Positions 35,565-45,752 are shown, counted from the first letter of the stretch. The stretch: 64,000 nucleotides of DNA from Minisyncoccia bacterium (GCA_041752275.1 JBGSHK010000015.1:641-64640), one strand, 5' to 3'. The notes: a model not told the origin generated them from the letters alone. Numbers and translations: made by a program.

Positions 35565-37565
35565 TTATCTAACCTCAAACCCTGCCCCAACCAAAACCGC
35601 AGCCACCTCACTCATAACCCCCTTCGTCTCCTCCTCCGTCAACGTCTTCTCATATGACTGAAACACAAATCTATACGCATAAGAAGTCTTCCCATCTTTC
35701 TTGAAAATATCAAATCTAAAATAATTTTCTATAAGTGACTGTTTTGAAACTTCATCTTTTATCATATTTTCTATATCCTCCTCTCCTTTACCTAAATCAT
35801 CACTCACAAAAAACGCTATATCACGGCTCATACTTGGATAATCAGATCCTCTTTTGTATTTATTTGTTTTTATAAGCGCATTATCAAATAGATAATTATC
35901 AACATGCTCTATATTATCAAGTTTGATATTTTCTAAACCTATTTCACATATAGCAACATTATTTATCACTTCAACTTTCGCATCAACTAAGCCAAGCTCA
36001 GTAACTATCTCACTCATAGCAGTTTCAGCACTCTGTCCTTTTGGCCATTTTACCATTGCTATTCCTATAGCAAGATGATTCTCCTCGATCAAATCATTTC
36101 CACTTTGAGAAAATACTTTTCCAATCTCAAAAACCTTCACTATGTTTTTTGAAACAAGGTCTAGGTATTTAAAATTATTTTCTACTACTTTAATCATGTT
36201 TTTCTTCAAATCCCCTCGCAGACTATCTCTGTCGGCTGTTAGTGAATTCTCTAGTTTTATAGCATCAGGGTTCACTTTCGAATCAACAAGTGTGTGTAAT
36301 ATAACCTCATCAAAATCTTTTGCTTTGAAAAATTTTCTCAAGTTAAAAATAAGTTTGTCAGTATCATCTCTCAAACCGTCCTTCATGGGAACATGTTGTT
36401 TAAAGCTTTCATCATAATACAATGTCTCATAACTTTTATTTCTTAAAAACTCATCAGCAACATCACAAGGTAAGTTTAAATCTGATCTATGATATGGAAC
36501 CACTATAGAATAGTTTTTATCATCTTTCTTTGTTACAACAGCACCTGTTTTTGTTAAAATATTTTCTATGAAAAATACAAGCTTAGTTGGTATAGTTCCA
36601 TCTTTTGTATCTATCATGCTGACCACCTTGTCAATATCAACGTCAATAGTCTTTTTATTTTTAGTATTTATAATGTTTAATATCTCATCTGATATCTCTG
36701 TCTCATTAACTTTTATCTCTGACTTGTCCCAAGTTAAAAGATGTATATAATCCTGCACTGCAAGTAAAAATCTTTCTTTGTTCAAACCTTGTTCAAATCT
36801 CTTAGATGAATCATTTAACAAGTTTAATGAACGTGCAGTTTTTCGCACAATAGTTTGATTGAAGTTTGCAGACTCAAGATATATGTTTGTTGTGTTTTCA
36901 TCTACTTCAGCTTTAGCACCTCCTTTTACACCTGCAATAGCAAGTATGTCTTTATCATCTCTTATAACAAGAGTGTTTGTATCTAGTTTTATTTCTTTTC
37001 CACCAAGTATAGTTATAGTCTCACCCTCCTTAGACAGATCAACTCTTATTTGACCTTCAACTTTATCAGCATCAAAAACATGTAGTGGTTGTCCTGAGTC
37101 AAACATAACAAAATTTGTTAGATCTACTAAAAGTGATTTAGGATTTTGACCAATAGCAGTTAGAGATTTTTTAATCCATTCAGGAGATTCTGTGTTTTTA
37201 ATATTTTCTATTTTTGTTAATGAATATACAGGACAAAGTGTTTTTACAAATTCATTTACAAGAGAATGATTTACAGAGAACTTTGTAAGCTCTGTATCTT
37301 TATCTGATATATCAAAACGAATATGCTCATCGATAACAAGATCTGGTACAAGAAGAGAAAGTTCTAAAGCAACATAACGAAGTCCGTGCGCATATGGCCC
37401 ACGATCAGGGGTGATCTTTATATCATAGATAAAATCATCATCTTTTTCTTCAAGAGATTCTATTTCAAAAGCATGCATAGTAAGTATTTCACCTATCTCT
37501 TTTGGAGAAGGTAAAATCTCAGGGTTTTTATAGTATGTTGTTAACCAGTTATGTGAAATAAGCAT
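35565..37565 (-). CDS. pheT: Phenylalanyl-tRNA synthetase beta subunit (short form)
   Basis: N-terminal MLISHNWL, B3/4 and B5 domains, C-terminal FDX-ACB region FDIFKKDGKTSYAYRFVFQ. Confidence 0.8.
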   Translation of the reverse strand: MLISHNWLTTYYKNPEILPSPKEIGEILTMHAFEIESLEEKDDDFIYDIKITPDRGPYAHGLRYVALELSLLVPDLVIDEHIRFDISDKDTELTKFSVNHSLVNEFVKTLCPVYSLTKIENIKNTESPEWIKKSLTAIGQNPKSLLVDLTNFVMFDSGQPLHVFDADKVEGQIRVDLSKEGETITILGGKEIKLDTNTLVIRDDKDILAIAGVKGGAKAEVDENTTNIYLESANFNQTIVRKTARSLNLLNDSSKRFEQGLNKERFLLAVQDYIHLLTWDKSEIKVNETEISDEILNIINTKNKKTIDVDIDKVVSMIDTKDGTIPTKLVFFIENILTKTGAVVTKKDDKNYSIVVPYHRSDLNLPCDVADEFLRNKSYETLYYDESFKQHVPMKDGLRDDTDKLIFNLRKFFKAKDFDEVILHTLVDSKVNPDAIKLENSLTADRDSLRGDLKKNMIKVVENNFKYLDLVSKNIVKVFEIGKVFSQSGNDLIEENHLAIGIAMVKWPKGQSAETAMSEIVTELGLVDAKVEVINNVAICEIGLENIKLDNIEHVDNYLFDNALIKTNKYKRGSDYPSMSRDIAFFVSDDLGKGEEDIENMIKDEVSKQSLIENYFRFDIFKKDGKTSYAYRFVFQSYEKTLTEEETKGVMSEVAAVLVGAGFEVR

Positions 37566-37895
37566 ATTATTAGAGTAACAGAATTTGCATTATTTTTCCA
37601 CAGGGTATATAATAATTGAGTAACTAATCCTCTGTCGGAAAAGTTACATACCGGAACAGAAATTATTCAGTTCCACTTGCACATTCTTTCGTAAGACGTT
37701 TGAAATCAGAGTCTGGCCTGTGCACTTTCTCTCGATTTTAAATCTCTTACAAAAACCCCAGCTCCTCACGGATGTTGGTTTTTTTATTTGTACGTTTAAG
37801 TGTATAATAGTTACATTACTCTTTTTTGATAAATATTTGTCGACCATATCCTTTCAGACTCGAGTAAAATGAAACCCTGCTCATGAGGGGTGCCA

Positions 37896-37950
37896 ACAAA
37901 AACCCGCAGGTCATGCTTTATTTACCCAAGGCCTGTAGGGTTATTTTTTT
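37896..37950. terminator. Hairpin AACCC-G-CAGG ... CCTG-TA-GGGTT flanked by CAAAAA (5') and ATTTTTTT (3'); bidirectional terminator-like
   Basis: 9 bp of pairing with one bulge, U-runs on both strands. Confidence 0.45.
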
Positions 37951-38052
37951 ATATAAAATTTTCACAACTACTAACTCGAATAAAAAAAGAGCCTATCATT
38001 CTTCTAAACTCACAAGAAAAAAGTAGTATCTTCCGTCTTCTCAAACTTGAAG

Positions 38053-38089
38053 CAAAAAATAGTATCTTCTTTAGAGATACCTATTTTTT
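38053..38089. terminator. Hairpin GTATCT-TCTTTAG-AGATAC flanked by A- and T-runs; terminator immediately after pheS
   Basis: 6-bp perfect stem; A-run 38053-38060, T-run 38084-38089. Confidence 0.5.
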
Positions 38090-38102
38090 GATTCAAGTTT
38101 GC

Positions 38103-38834
38103 TTAAAACCATCTCGAGAACCTCACATCCCCGCTCGACATATCACGTATATCGTCTATACCGTACTTCAACATAACAAGTCTTTCCAATCCCATACCAA
38201 AAGCAAAGCCTGTGTATTTTTGTATATCATCTTTATTCATTTTATCATTATCTTTAAATCCGTTTTCCAAAACCTCAGGGTGTACAAGTCCTCCTCCACA
38301 AACCTCAAGCCATCTATCTTTCCAAAGTATGTCAACTTCAAAACCTGGTTTTACGAATGGAAAATAACTAGCACGAAAACGAACTTGTATATCATCACCA
38401 AAAAACTTTTTAAAAGCATAAATCAAAGTATTTTTAAGATCTGCCATAGATATATCCTTATCAACACACAAACCTTCTAGTTGATGAAACTCTGCTTCAT
38501 GTGTTGCATCAGTTGCCTCATTTCTAAAAACCTTACCAGCAGATATTATTCTGATTGGCGGCATCTTTTCATTCATACATTGTATTTGAGAGTTTGATGT
38601 TTGAGTTCTTGGAAGTATTCTCTCCATTGAGCCCGACTTCTCAATACGCTGAAAACTTTTAGGTAACCAAAAAGTATCTTGTGAGTCACGGGCTGGATGA
38701 TCTTTAGCAACTCTTAAAGCGTCAAAATTTTTCCATTCGGTTTCTATCTCGGGACCATTGTAAAAATCAAATCCAAGTTCTTTGAATATATCTATAAATT
38801 CATATATGGTCTGTGTAGTTGGATGTAAACTCAT
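38103..38834 (-). CDS. pheS: Phenylalanyl-tRNA synthetase alpha subunit (short form lacking the N-terminal coiled coil)
   Basis: Class II motifs FRNEATDATHEAEFHQLEG and GFAFGMGLERLVMLKYGIDDIR. Confidence 0.85.
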   Translation of the reverse strand: MSLHPTTQTIYEFIDIFKELGFDFYNGPEIETEWKNFDALRVAKDHPARDSQDTFWLPKSFQRIEKSGSMERILPRTQTSNSQIQCMNEKMPPIRIISAGKVFRNEATDATHEAEFHQLEGLCVDKDISMADLKNTLIYAFKKFFGDDIQVRFRASYFPFVKPGFEVDILWKDRWLEVCGGGLVHPEVLENGFKDNDKMNKDDIQKYTGFAFGMGLERLVMLKYGIDDIRDMSSGDVRFSRWF

Positions 38835-38843
38835 ATCTTTATA

Positions 38844-39563
38844 TTATCTCTTTTTAGTTGTTGATGTTGCAACTGTAGTACTTGCTGTTGTTGTTGCATT
38901 TTTCAAAGCTTTCCAAGTTTTTATCTCAGGTATATATGATTCTATCTGTTGTATGTCTTGATAGCCCGTATATGTCTTTTCGTTTATAACTAGAGATGGA
39001 GTTTGTGTTATCTTGTATACTGATGACATAGTTTCTAGAGCAGGGTTATATGTGCCTTTATCAAGATAATAAACACGTATCTCAGGATAATCAGAAATAA
39101 TTTTATCTAAGATAATTGACTGCTTTGCACAGTCTGTACAGGCTGAATCGTAAAAATACAATATGGAAACTTTATTTTGCTTACATCTATCATGGAACTC
39201 TTTTGCAAGTAGATAATCTTTTATTTGTAGAAGTGAATAGTATTTTTTCAAAGAAATAACATCATCATTTTCATAACCAAGCTGATTTTCAAGTGACTTT
39301 ATTTTCAATGCAACATTGTTTAAATCTTCGTTAAAACCTATATCATTGTTCTTAGTGTTATCACTGTTTATAATATGCTCACATGAAGTTTTTTGTAAAA
39401 GAGAAAATCTAGTTTCAACTGACAATATGTCTAAGTTTATACGACTTTCAAGATCACGAAGTGATTGAACTTTTCTATCACTAAAAATACTAGATAGCCA
39501 TATAGAGAAGAAAAATATAGCCAAAGTGATTATAAATGTATAAATATATCTTTTTTGATTCAT
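38844..39563 (-). CDS. Membrane-anchored thioredoxin-fold protein (CxxC = CTDC)
   Basis: N-terminal TM helix; YFYDSACTDCAKQ thioredoxin-like active site. Confidence 0.5.
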   Translation of the reverse strand: MNQKRYIYTFIITLAIFFFSIWLSSIFSDRKVQSLRDLESRINLDILSVETRFSLLQKTSCEHIINSDNTKNNDIGFNEDLNNVALKIKSLENQLGYENDDVISLKKYYSLLQIKDYLLAKEFHDRCKQNKVSILYFYDSACTDCAKQSIILDKIISDYPEIRVYYLDKGTYNPALETMSSVYKITQTPSLVINEKTYTGYQDIQQIESYIPEIKTWKALKNATTTASTTVATSTTKKR

Positions 39564-39588
39564 ATTATTAGTATACTGATTTTTAAAT

Positions 39589-40830
39589 TTATCGCCACAA
39601 AACTTTCTTTCTTACAACACTGTTATATATGGATTTTATAACCCAAAGAGGTGCAAGCACAGAAAACATTATTATAAAATATGGTATATTCCAAAAGTTT
39701 TTCTTAGAAATTTTTGATATATTTCTACCAAATATATATTGAAGAAGAAAACTAATATACAGAAACATGGCCATAATCACATATATTTTTGTATTTATAA
39801 AAAAAGTGTCAAAAGTAGGCCATTCTAGCTGTCCAATACCTACAAGGTATATCTTATATATAGTCTCTATAATAGATAGTAAAACTTTATAGACTGAATA
39901 AGAAAAAACAAAAAGCAATATTACATAGGTAAATATGGTCATAGGTAATGTAAAAATACCAAAGTTTTTATATTTTCTATTGAAGAGCATTGCTTTATAA
40001 TCCAACATGTTCATAATAAAACCATAACTCCAACGTAGACGTTGTTTATAAAGTTTTTTAATAGTGTCAGGTCCTTTAGTCCAAACTATAGCATCATGAG
40101 CATGACGAACTTTTAACCCTGCTTTTTGCATACGTATAGTTAGCTCTATATCCTCAAGATTGTGAGCGTTGTTATATCCTCCAACCTTATCAAACACTTC
40201 GCGTCTAAAAACAGAAAAAGCACCCGGTACTACAAAAACAGCATCTGCCTTACCTAGCATCTTTTTTGTAAATGAAAACACTTCATATTCTATCTCTTGG
40301 GCTTTTTGGGCAATAGTTTTTGGTTTATCTATGAGTACAGTTCCACCGAGCGCCATCAGATTCGGATCTTTCATAAAATACATAGCCGCTTTTTTCATTG
40401 CGTCCTGATTTATCTTTGTATCAGCATCGAAAGAGACAACGAGTTCAGTTTTTAGAAAAGTTAATGCATGATTTAATGCTGAATGTTTTCCTCCATTGTC
40501 CTTTGTTAAAAGTTGTACCTGTGGATTATTTACAAAACACTGTAATCTTTCTAATGTTTTATCAGTAGATCCATCGTCTATGGCAATGATGTGAAATCTG
40601 TCCTTTGGATAGTCTAGTGCCAAAACAGAGTTTACAGTGTTAATAACACTATCTTGTTCATTCCAACAAGGTATTAAAAAAGTTACAGATGGATAATCCT
40701 TATCCTCTATTTCTTTTTCTTCCTCTTTTACCTCGTCGGCATTTTCAAAAAAAACTAATAAGAAAAAAACCTGTATATATATAGCGATAAACAAGAGAGA
40801 TGTGTATAAAATATCAAAAGAATTCAACAT
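39589..40830 (-). CDS. Processive family-2 glycosyltransferase (cellulose/chitin/hyaluronan synthase-like) with C-terminal TM helices
   Basis: GT2 signature FLIPCWNE...IIAIDDGSTD, DxD and QRLRW (QxxRW) motif. Confidence 0.7.
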   Translation of the reverse strand: MLNSFDILYTSLLFIAIYIQVFFLLVFFENADEVKEEEKEIEDKDYPSVTFLIPCWNEQDSVINTVNSVLALDYPKDRFHIIAIDDGSTDKTLERLQCFVNNPQVQLLTKDNGGKHSALNHALTFLKTELVVSFDADTKINQDAMKKAAMYFMKDPNLMALGGTVLIDKPKTIAQKAQEIEYEVFSFTKKMLGKADAVFVVPGAFSVFRREVFDKVGGYNNAHNLEDIELTIRMQKAGLKVRHAHDAIVWTKGPDTIKKLYKQRLRWSYGFIMNMLDYKAMLFNRKYKNFGIFTLPMTIFTYVILLFVFSYSVYKVLLSIIETIYKIYLVGIGQLEWPTFDTFFINTKIYVIMAMFLYISFLLQYIFGRNISKISKKNFWNIPYFIIMFSVLAPLWVIKSIYNSVVRKKVLWR

Positions 40831-40848
40831 ATATTATATCAAAATATA

Positions 40849-41313
40849 TCACAGATTTTGATTTATAACAATAATATATTCTGTAAAGTTTTGTGACTTT
40901 CCCCTACTGTCTAGCCATGATATTTCAAACTTTATAAGTCGGTCTTTTTCCAGTTGGGATATGTTGTAGGTGGTGAAAAATATTTTATCGTTGATGAGAA
41001 ATTCTGAATTCGAATATATGTTTTTTAACTGATTATTCTCTATCTTTTGTGTCAATACCGTGTTTCCATTCCTGTCTATTATTTGGAGATTCTGCGAATC
41101 TAACACTACACTATTTTTATACATATATTGTTGCAAGATATTTAGATTTGTATATATTTGATTTTTAACATAATAGTTTTGATTGTTATTTTGTATTATT
41201 TTTTGCAAATAAAATACGGTTGAAGTAATAGTTAAAAACAAAATGGAAAAAATACCCATATATAAAAGTAATTCGACCAATGTTACTCCTTTGCTGATAT
41301 TTATTTTAGCCAT
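40849..41313 (-). CDS. Prepilin-type (class III signal) pilin/pseudopilin-like protein
   Basis: N-terminal KG|VTLVELLLYMGIFSILFL with Glu at +5. Confidence 0.55.
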   Translation of the reverse strand: MAKINISKGVTLVELLLYMGIFSILFLTITSTVFYLQKIIQNNNQNYYVKNQIYTNLNILQQYMYKNSVVLDSQNLQIIDRNGNTVLTQKIENNQLKNIYSNSEFLINDKIFFTTYNISQLEKDRLIKFEISWLDSRGKSQNFTEYIIVINQNL

Positions 41314-42455
41314 AATATGTTGGGTTGATTATTTATAATAGTTGAAAATAAAAAAGAATTTTCAAAACAGTTATATGATAAAACTCTTCCGGGTATATCT
41401 ATGTTTTTTACCCCGTTTAAATCTTGATCAAAAAACTGTAACTCTTTGCTTTCGTCGGAGGTGATAAATAACAGATTTCCGTTTACCGGTTGAATAAAAT
41501 CAATACTTCCATTTAATTTAAACTTATTTATATAGTTTAAAATACCGCCTTTTATTTCTAAGAAAAATAACTCAAAACTGGCCACTGTTCTACCTAAATA
41601 TATGTATGGTTCAAATGTATACACAGCCTTTCCATTACCTAAAGATAGTGGTGCGTCATATGAATAAATCTGAGTTAAATCCATATTATAAACAAACAGT
41701 TCTACATCAGATGCATTGGCAATATATATGAGACCTTGATTTATATGTATACCACTCACCTGTCCATTTATCTCTACAACTTGAGTAGGGTATGTTAAAA
41801 AGTTTGCTGTATTTAATGGTAATAAAAAAAGTTCGCCACCTGCACTGTTTTTCTCTGTACCTATCAAGAGGTTGTTGTTAAACAAATATATTCTTTTAGC
41901 TAAAGCATATGCGGCGGACAATTCATTTATTTTTATTTCGTTTAGAAAAGTCAGGTTTTCATTTTCAAGTTTAAAACTCTTGACATGACTATTGACACTG
42001 GTGTTAAGCACATACAAAAAGTTATCATGAAGTATTGCGTCATTTATACCAGGACCGACATCGACTGCATTTAAAAGATTTAAATCTTGCACGTCAGCAT
42101 TTTGAGAAAATGAAAATATAAATATATCTGACTCGGTAGTCGAAGCTGAGTTTGTTGTTATGATAAGTTTATTTTTGTTGAAAACATTTATACTGGTTAT
42201 GGGTGTTGAAGTTGATATGTAAGGGCTCATATCTACGGTCTGTTTGATAGATATATCATACAATTGTCCTTCGTCGAAATAACAGTATTTATCTGAATAA
42301 TTATAATCGTTAAGCATGTATGGCTGTTTGTTTATGATTTTATTTTTTTGATTTATACTTGAAACAAAATAAAACATGAAAGAAAATATAATGACCACCA
42401 AAGCTATAGATACTATTATTTCTATGAGTGAAAATCCTTGATTGATTTTTTTCAT
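41301..42455 (-). CDS. Large (384 aa) prepilin-type pilin-like protein
   Basis: N-terminal QG|FSLIEIIVSIALVVIIF with Glu at +5; large C-terminal globular region. Confidence 0.55.
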   Translation of the reverse strand: MKKINQGFSLIEIIVSIALVVIIFSFMFYFVSSINQKNKIINKQPYMLNDYNYSDKYCYFDEGQLYDISIKQTVDMSPYISTSTPITSINVFNKNKLIITTNSASTTESDIFIFSFSQNADVQDLNLLNAVDVGPGINDAILHDNFLYVLNTSVNSHVKSFKLENENLTFLNEIKINELSAAYALAKRIYLFNNNLLIGTEKNSAGGELFLLPLNTANFLTYPTQVVEINGQVSGIHINQGLIYIANASDVELFVYNMDLTQIYSYDAPLSLGNGKAVYTFEPYIYLGRTVASFELFFLEIKGGILNYINKFKLNGSIDFIQPVNGNLLFITSDESKELQFFDQDLNGVKNIDIPGRVLSYNCFENSFLFSTIINNQPNILWLK

Positions 42456-42456
42456 A

Positions 42457-43506
42457 TTATTGTAAAGATTGAGTTAATTGATACATAGGTAATATGATAG
42501 AGATACATATGACAAGTACTATAATGCCAACAAATATTATAAGCATTGGTTCTATCATTTTTTGAAACTTTTCAAAAGCATTCATGAGATTTTCTTTTAT
42601 GTTTATATGGCAAATCTCAAAAACCTCGGAAAACTTTCCAGTTTTTTCACCTGAGTCTATGATAGATTCCCAGTCTTTTATTTTTTTATACACTGCTCCG
42701 TTCAAAAGCTTTAAAGAATCCGAGCAAGTGTTGCCTTTGTCGACCGACATCTGTACTTTCTGAAACTGCTTTTTTAAGTCTTTGTCACTTACGGATTCAA
42801 ACCCGAAAGATAAAGCTTGTGAAATGCTGATACTTGATTGTATAGACATATGTATAACTTTTAGCCATTTTTCTATATGCCAATAAAAATAAATATCCTT
42901 AATGTATGGAGTTTTTGATAAAAGAAAAACTTTTACTTTTTTTACAAAAGTTGAAACAAAAATATTGTTTTTAAAATAAATATAAATAGCAGATAAAAAT
43001 ACTATACCCATGATATCTATATACCAACTTTCTATGAGATGATTACTTAAAAACATAATCACTTCTGTGGTTATGGGTAGATTTTCGAGATCTTCAAACA
43101 AAGGTGATATTTTAGGAATAATGACAAGCAGTATCAGAAGAAGTAAAGAAAAAGTCATAAGTAAAACAAGTGTTGGATATATAAAAGCATTTATGAGTTT
43201 TTGTTTTTGTATATATTGATCTTTTAATAACTGACTTAACATAAAGAATATATTGTCTATATTTCCTGTTTGCTCTGCTACTCTTATAAAAGATATTTCT
43301 GTTTTGGAAAAATATTTTTCAAAGTCTTCATCTGACAAAATATCAGACAACTTTAAACCACTATCTATATCTTGATAAATCTGAGTTGTTTCTAAACAGT
43401 CACTGGCAATCTTTGTTGAAGCAGATAAAGATTGACCTGACTTTAAATAATAATAATTTTTTTTATACCAGAGTGACCTATATTGTAAATCTTTAATTTT
43501 AATCAT
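42457..43506 (-). CDS. pilC: Type IV pilus / T2SS platform protein (PilC/GspF family)
   Basis: Two T2SS-F-type repeats (AEQTGNIDNIF), 3 TM helices. Confidence 0.75.
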   Translation of the reverse strand: MIKIKDLQYRSLWYKKNYYYLKSGQSLSASTKIASDCLETTQIYQDIDSGLKLSDILSDEDFEKYFSKTEISFIRVAEQTGNIDNIFFMLSQLLKDQYIQKQKLINAFIYPTLVLLMTFSLLLLILLVIIPKISPLFEDLENLPITTEVIMFLSNHLIESWYIDIMGIVFLSAIYIYFKNNIFVSTFVKKVKVFLLSKTPYIKDIYFYWHIEKWLKVIHMSIQSSISISQALSFGFESVSDKDLKKQFQKVQMSVDKGNTCSDSLKLLNGAVYKKIKDWESIIDSGEKTGKFSEVFEICHINIKENLMNAFEKFQKMIEPMLIIFVGIIVLVICISIILPMYQLTQSLQ

Positions 43507-43507
43507 A

Positions 43508-44599
43508 TTATAAATCTAGAGTTATGCGATTAATCTCATCTTTTGTTGTGACATGTCGACTATACATATCTAAACATGCGTCACGAAGTAAACTATGTCC
43601 CGTCGTTGTTAAATATTGCTCTATCTCATATGGAGTTTTCTTTTTATTTATCATATCTCGCATCTCAATATCCACAGGAACAACTTCAAATATACCCTTA
43701 CGATGACCATAAAGTCCTATTTCATAATCAAATACACGTATAAGTCTTTGACTCAATATGAGGGAAACAGAAGATGATAAAAGATAAGACTCTATACCCA
43801 TATCTATGAGTCGAGGAATAATAGAAGCTGCGTTCGGAGCATGCACTGTAGTTAAAACAAGATGTCCTGTGAGTGCAGTTTGTATAGCAGCTAAAGCTGT
43901 TTCTTTGTCACGTATCTCACCTATCATAATAATATCAGGATCTTGACGAAGTATGCCTTTTAAAGCATCTTTAAAACCAAAATCTTTATCGTTGTCGACC
44001 TGTATTTGTCTCACTCCTTTTATGGCCGACTCTACAGGATCTTCTATAGTTACTATGTTTTTGTTTTGATTTGTCTGATTTAAATATTTTAAAGTAGTAT
44101 AAAGTGTACTCGTTTTACCGCTTCCTGTAGGTCCTGCAACTATAATAAGTCCAGAACTTTTTTTTAAAGCTTCTTTATAAGAGCTGATTTGGGTTTTAGT
44201 CATACCAAGTTCTGTAAAACTTTTATAATTATTGTTATCGGGTCGAAGTAATCTCATGACACAATTTTCCCCATAAAAAGTTGGTGCTATAGACACACGT
44301 ATATCAACCTTTTCACTAGAGACATCTGATATAAAATAAAATCTACCGTCCTGGGCTTTGTTATGTATGTCAGAACGAAGATTGGCTAAGACTTTTATCT
44401 TGCCAATACAAAGATCAAGTAAATCTTTGTCGAAATATCCACTGTCATGAAGGTTGCCGTTTATACGCATCTTGATAAATACTTGATCCAGATCAGGATC
44501 TATATGTATATCTGATGCATTTAAAGAGATAGCCTTCTCTATGAGAGAGGATATGAATATGTGTATGTCTTTTTGATATATGTTTTTTTCTTTTTCCAT
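43508..44599 (-). CDS. pilB: Type IV pilus / T2SS assembly ATPase (GspE/PilB family, short form)
   Basis: Walker A GPTGSGKTSTLYTTL, Asp box, His box TGHLVLTTVHA. Confidence 0.8.
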   Translation of the reverse strand: MEKEKNIYQKDIHIFISSLIEKAISLNASDIHIDPDLDQVFIKMRINGNLHDSGYFDKDLLDLCIGKIKVLANLRSDIHNKAQDGRFYFISDVSSEKVDIRVSIAPTFYGENCVMRLLRPDNNNYKSFTELGMTKTQISSYKEALKKSSGLIIVAGPTGSGKTSTLYTTLKYLNQTNQNKNIVTIEDPVESAIKGVRQIQVDNDKDFGFKDALKGILRQDPDIIMIGEIRDKETALAAIQTALTGHLVLTTVHAPNAASIIPRLIDMGIESYLLSSSVSLILSQRLIRVFDYEIGLYGHRKGIFEVVPVDIEMRDMINKKKTPYEIEQYLTTTGHSLLRDACLDMYSRHVTTKDEINRITLDL

Positions 44600-44730
44600 A
44601 AAGAAATTAAAACATCTGAGGACTAAATTTTTTTGGGATTTTTTTTAAAGTTTTAAGGTGAGTTTTTAGGATTGTGTTGTATGGATAAAAATAGTTTTTA
44701 TAAAGTTTTTTTTGAGTTGAGATGCGTATG

Positions 44731-44757
44731 AAAAAAGCCTACACGCGAGGTGCAGGC
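44731..44757 (-). terminator. Intrinsic terminator after the 141-aa gene (GCCUGCAC-CUCGC-GUGUAGGC + U6 on the minus strand)
   Basis: 8-bp stem; forward A-run 44731-44736. Confidence 0.55.
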
Positions 44758-44783
44758 TGAGTCTGAGTGGAAGTTGTTGAGGG

Positions 44784-45209
44784 TTATTCTTCGGCGGCAG
44801 GCAAATTATCAACATCGATTTCTTTGTTGAAGTCGGCATTGATAATGAAAAGAGGTGCTGTAAGAATTTCAGGGTGAGAAAACTGAACTACTATTACATT
44901 AACATAAAAATCGTCGTCTTCGCTTTCTAAAAATATCTCACGATGTCTCATATGCCCATCGTCACTCTTGTTTTCATCAAATATTACTGCGTCAGGGTCT
45001 AATTCCTGAACTCTTTTGAAAAAGTCGTCAATTTGTTGGTCTAAGAGTTCACAAGGTGGAAATGACATGGAGAGCTCGAGGTCTTGGATGATGTTTTTAA
45101 GTTTTGCTTTCATAATATGGTGGTGTTCTGGTACTTTTGGAGTGTAGCATATGGTTGAAAAGATGGCAAAATCAAAAGCACTCGTGATGAGTGCTTTTAC
45201 TACAATCAA
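44784..45209 (-). CDS. Acidic hypothetical protein (~40% GC)
   Basis: 141-aa ORF, no motifs recognised. Confidence 0.4.
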   Translation of the reverse strand: MIVVKALITSAFDFAIFSTICYTPKVPEHHHIMKAKLKNIIQDLELSMSFPPCELLDQQIDDFFKRVQELDPDAVIFDENKSDDGHMRHREIFLESEDDDFYVNVIVVQFSHPEILTAPLFIINADFNKEIDVDNLPAAEE

Positions 45210-45221
45210 AATCTTTTCTAC

Positions 45222-45752
45222 CTACTCCCCCTCCAACACCCCGATCAACATATGCACACGCTTAAACATACTCATCATAGAATTATTTTCTAAATAATGA
45301 CCAAATTTTATAGACAATCTCTCATTTTCCTTTTTACTCCCATTGTGTAAAATTTCACAATACAATGCCAATCTCCTTCTCAATTCAATCAAATCTCCAT
45401 ATTGAACATGTTCCAACATACTATAGTCACTCATAAAAGAAATAATACCATTATCCATTTTATCCAATTCGGTATTTTCTTTAATCAATAATAAATTAAC
45501 ATGTTCTAATGATTCTTTTAATCTATACTTATTTATAAATACACCCAGTCTACGTGATAACTTTTCACCTTTTGTATAATCTGCATCGTCCATAATTGCA
45601 TAATATTCTTCAAGTCTTTCTTTTAACTTGTTCAAAGTAAATGCATCTAAAGTATTGAAATATTCCCCATCTTCAAGAAATTTAAATATCATACCATCAT
45701 ACAAATCTGTTCCGTCTTCTATTTTTTCTGGTTTTGGTATTTCTGGATTCAT
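45222..45752 (-). CDS. Acidic hypothetical protein
   Basis: 176-aa ORF, no motifs recognised. Confidence 0.4.
   Translation of the reverse strand: MNPEIPKPEKIEDGTDLYDGMIFKFLEDGEYFNTLDAFTLNKLKERLEEYYAIMDDADYTKGEKLSRRLGVFINKYRLKESLEHVNLLLIKENTELDKMDNGIISFMSDYSMLEHVQYGDLIELRRRLALYCEILHNGSKKENERLSIKFGHYLENNSMMSMFKRVHMLIGVLEGE

Larger units (their letters stand above)
37566..38102. other. Unusually long (537 bp) pheS-pheT spacer containing two bidirectional terminator hairpins
   Basis: pheS stop at 38103 and pheT start at 37565 on the same strand; hairpins at 38053-38089 and 37896-37950. Confidence 0.5.

Noticed and set aside
37566-38102. T-box leader for the Phe-tRNA synthetase genes
   Set aside because: No T-box consensus (AGGGUGGNACCGCG) or specifier-loop architecture was found on either strand, only simple terminator hairpins.
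37890-38480. 196-aa + strand ORF (GTG start)
   Set aside because: Overlaps pheS on the opposite strand for ~380 nt. Its 5' part is the intergenic hairpin region, so it is a spurious ORF.
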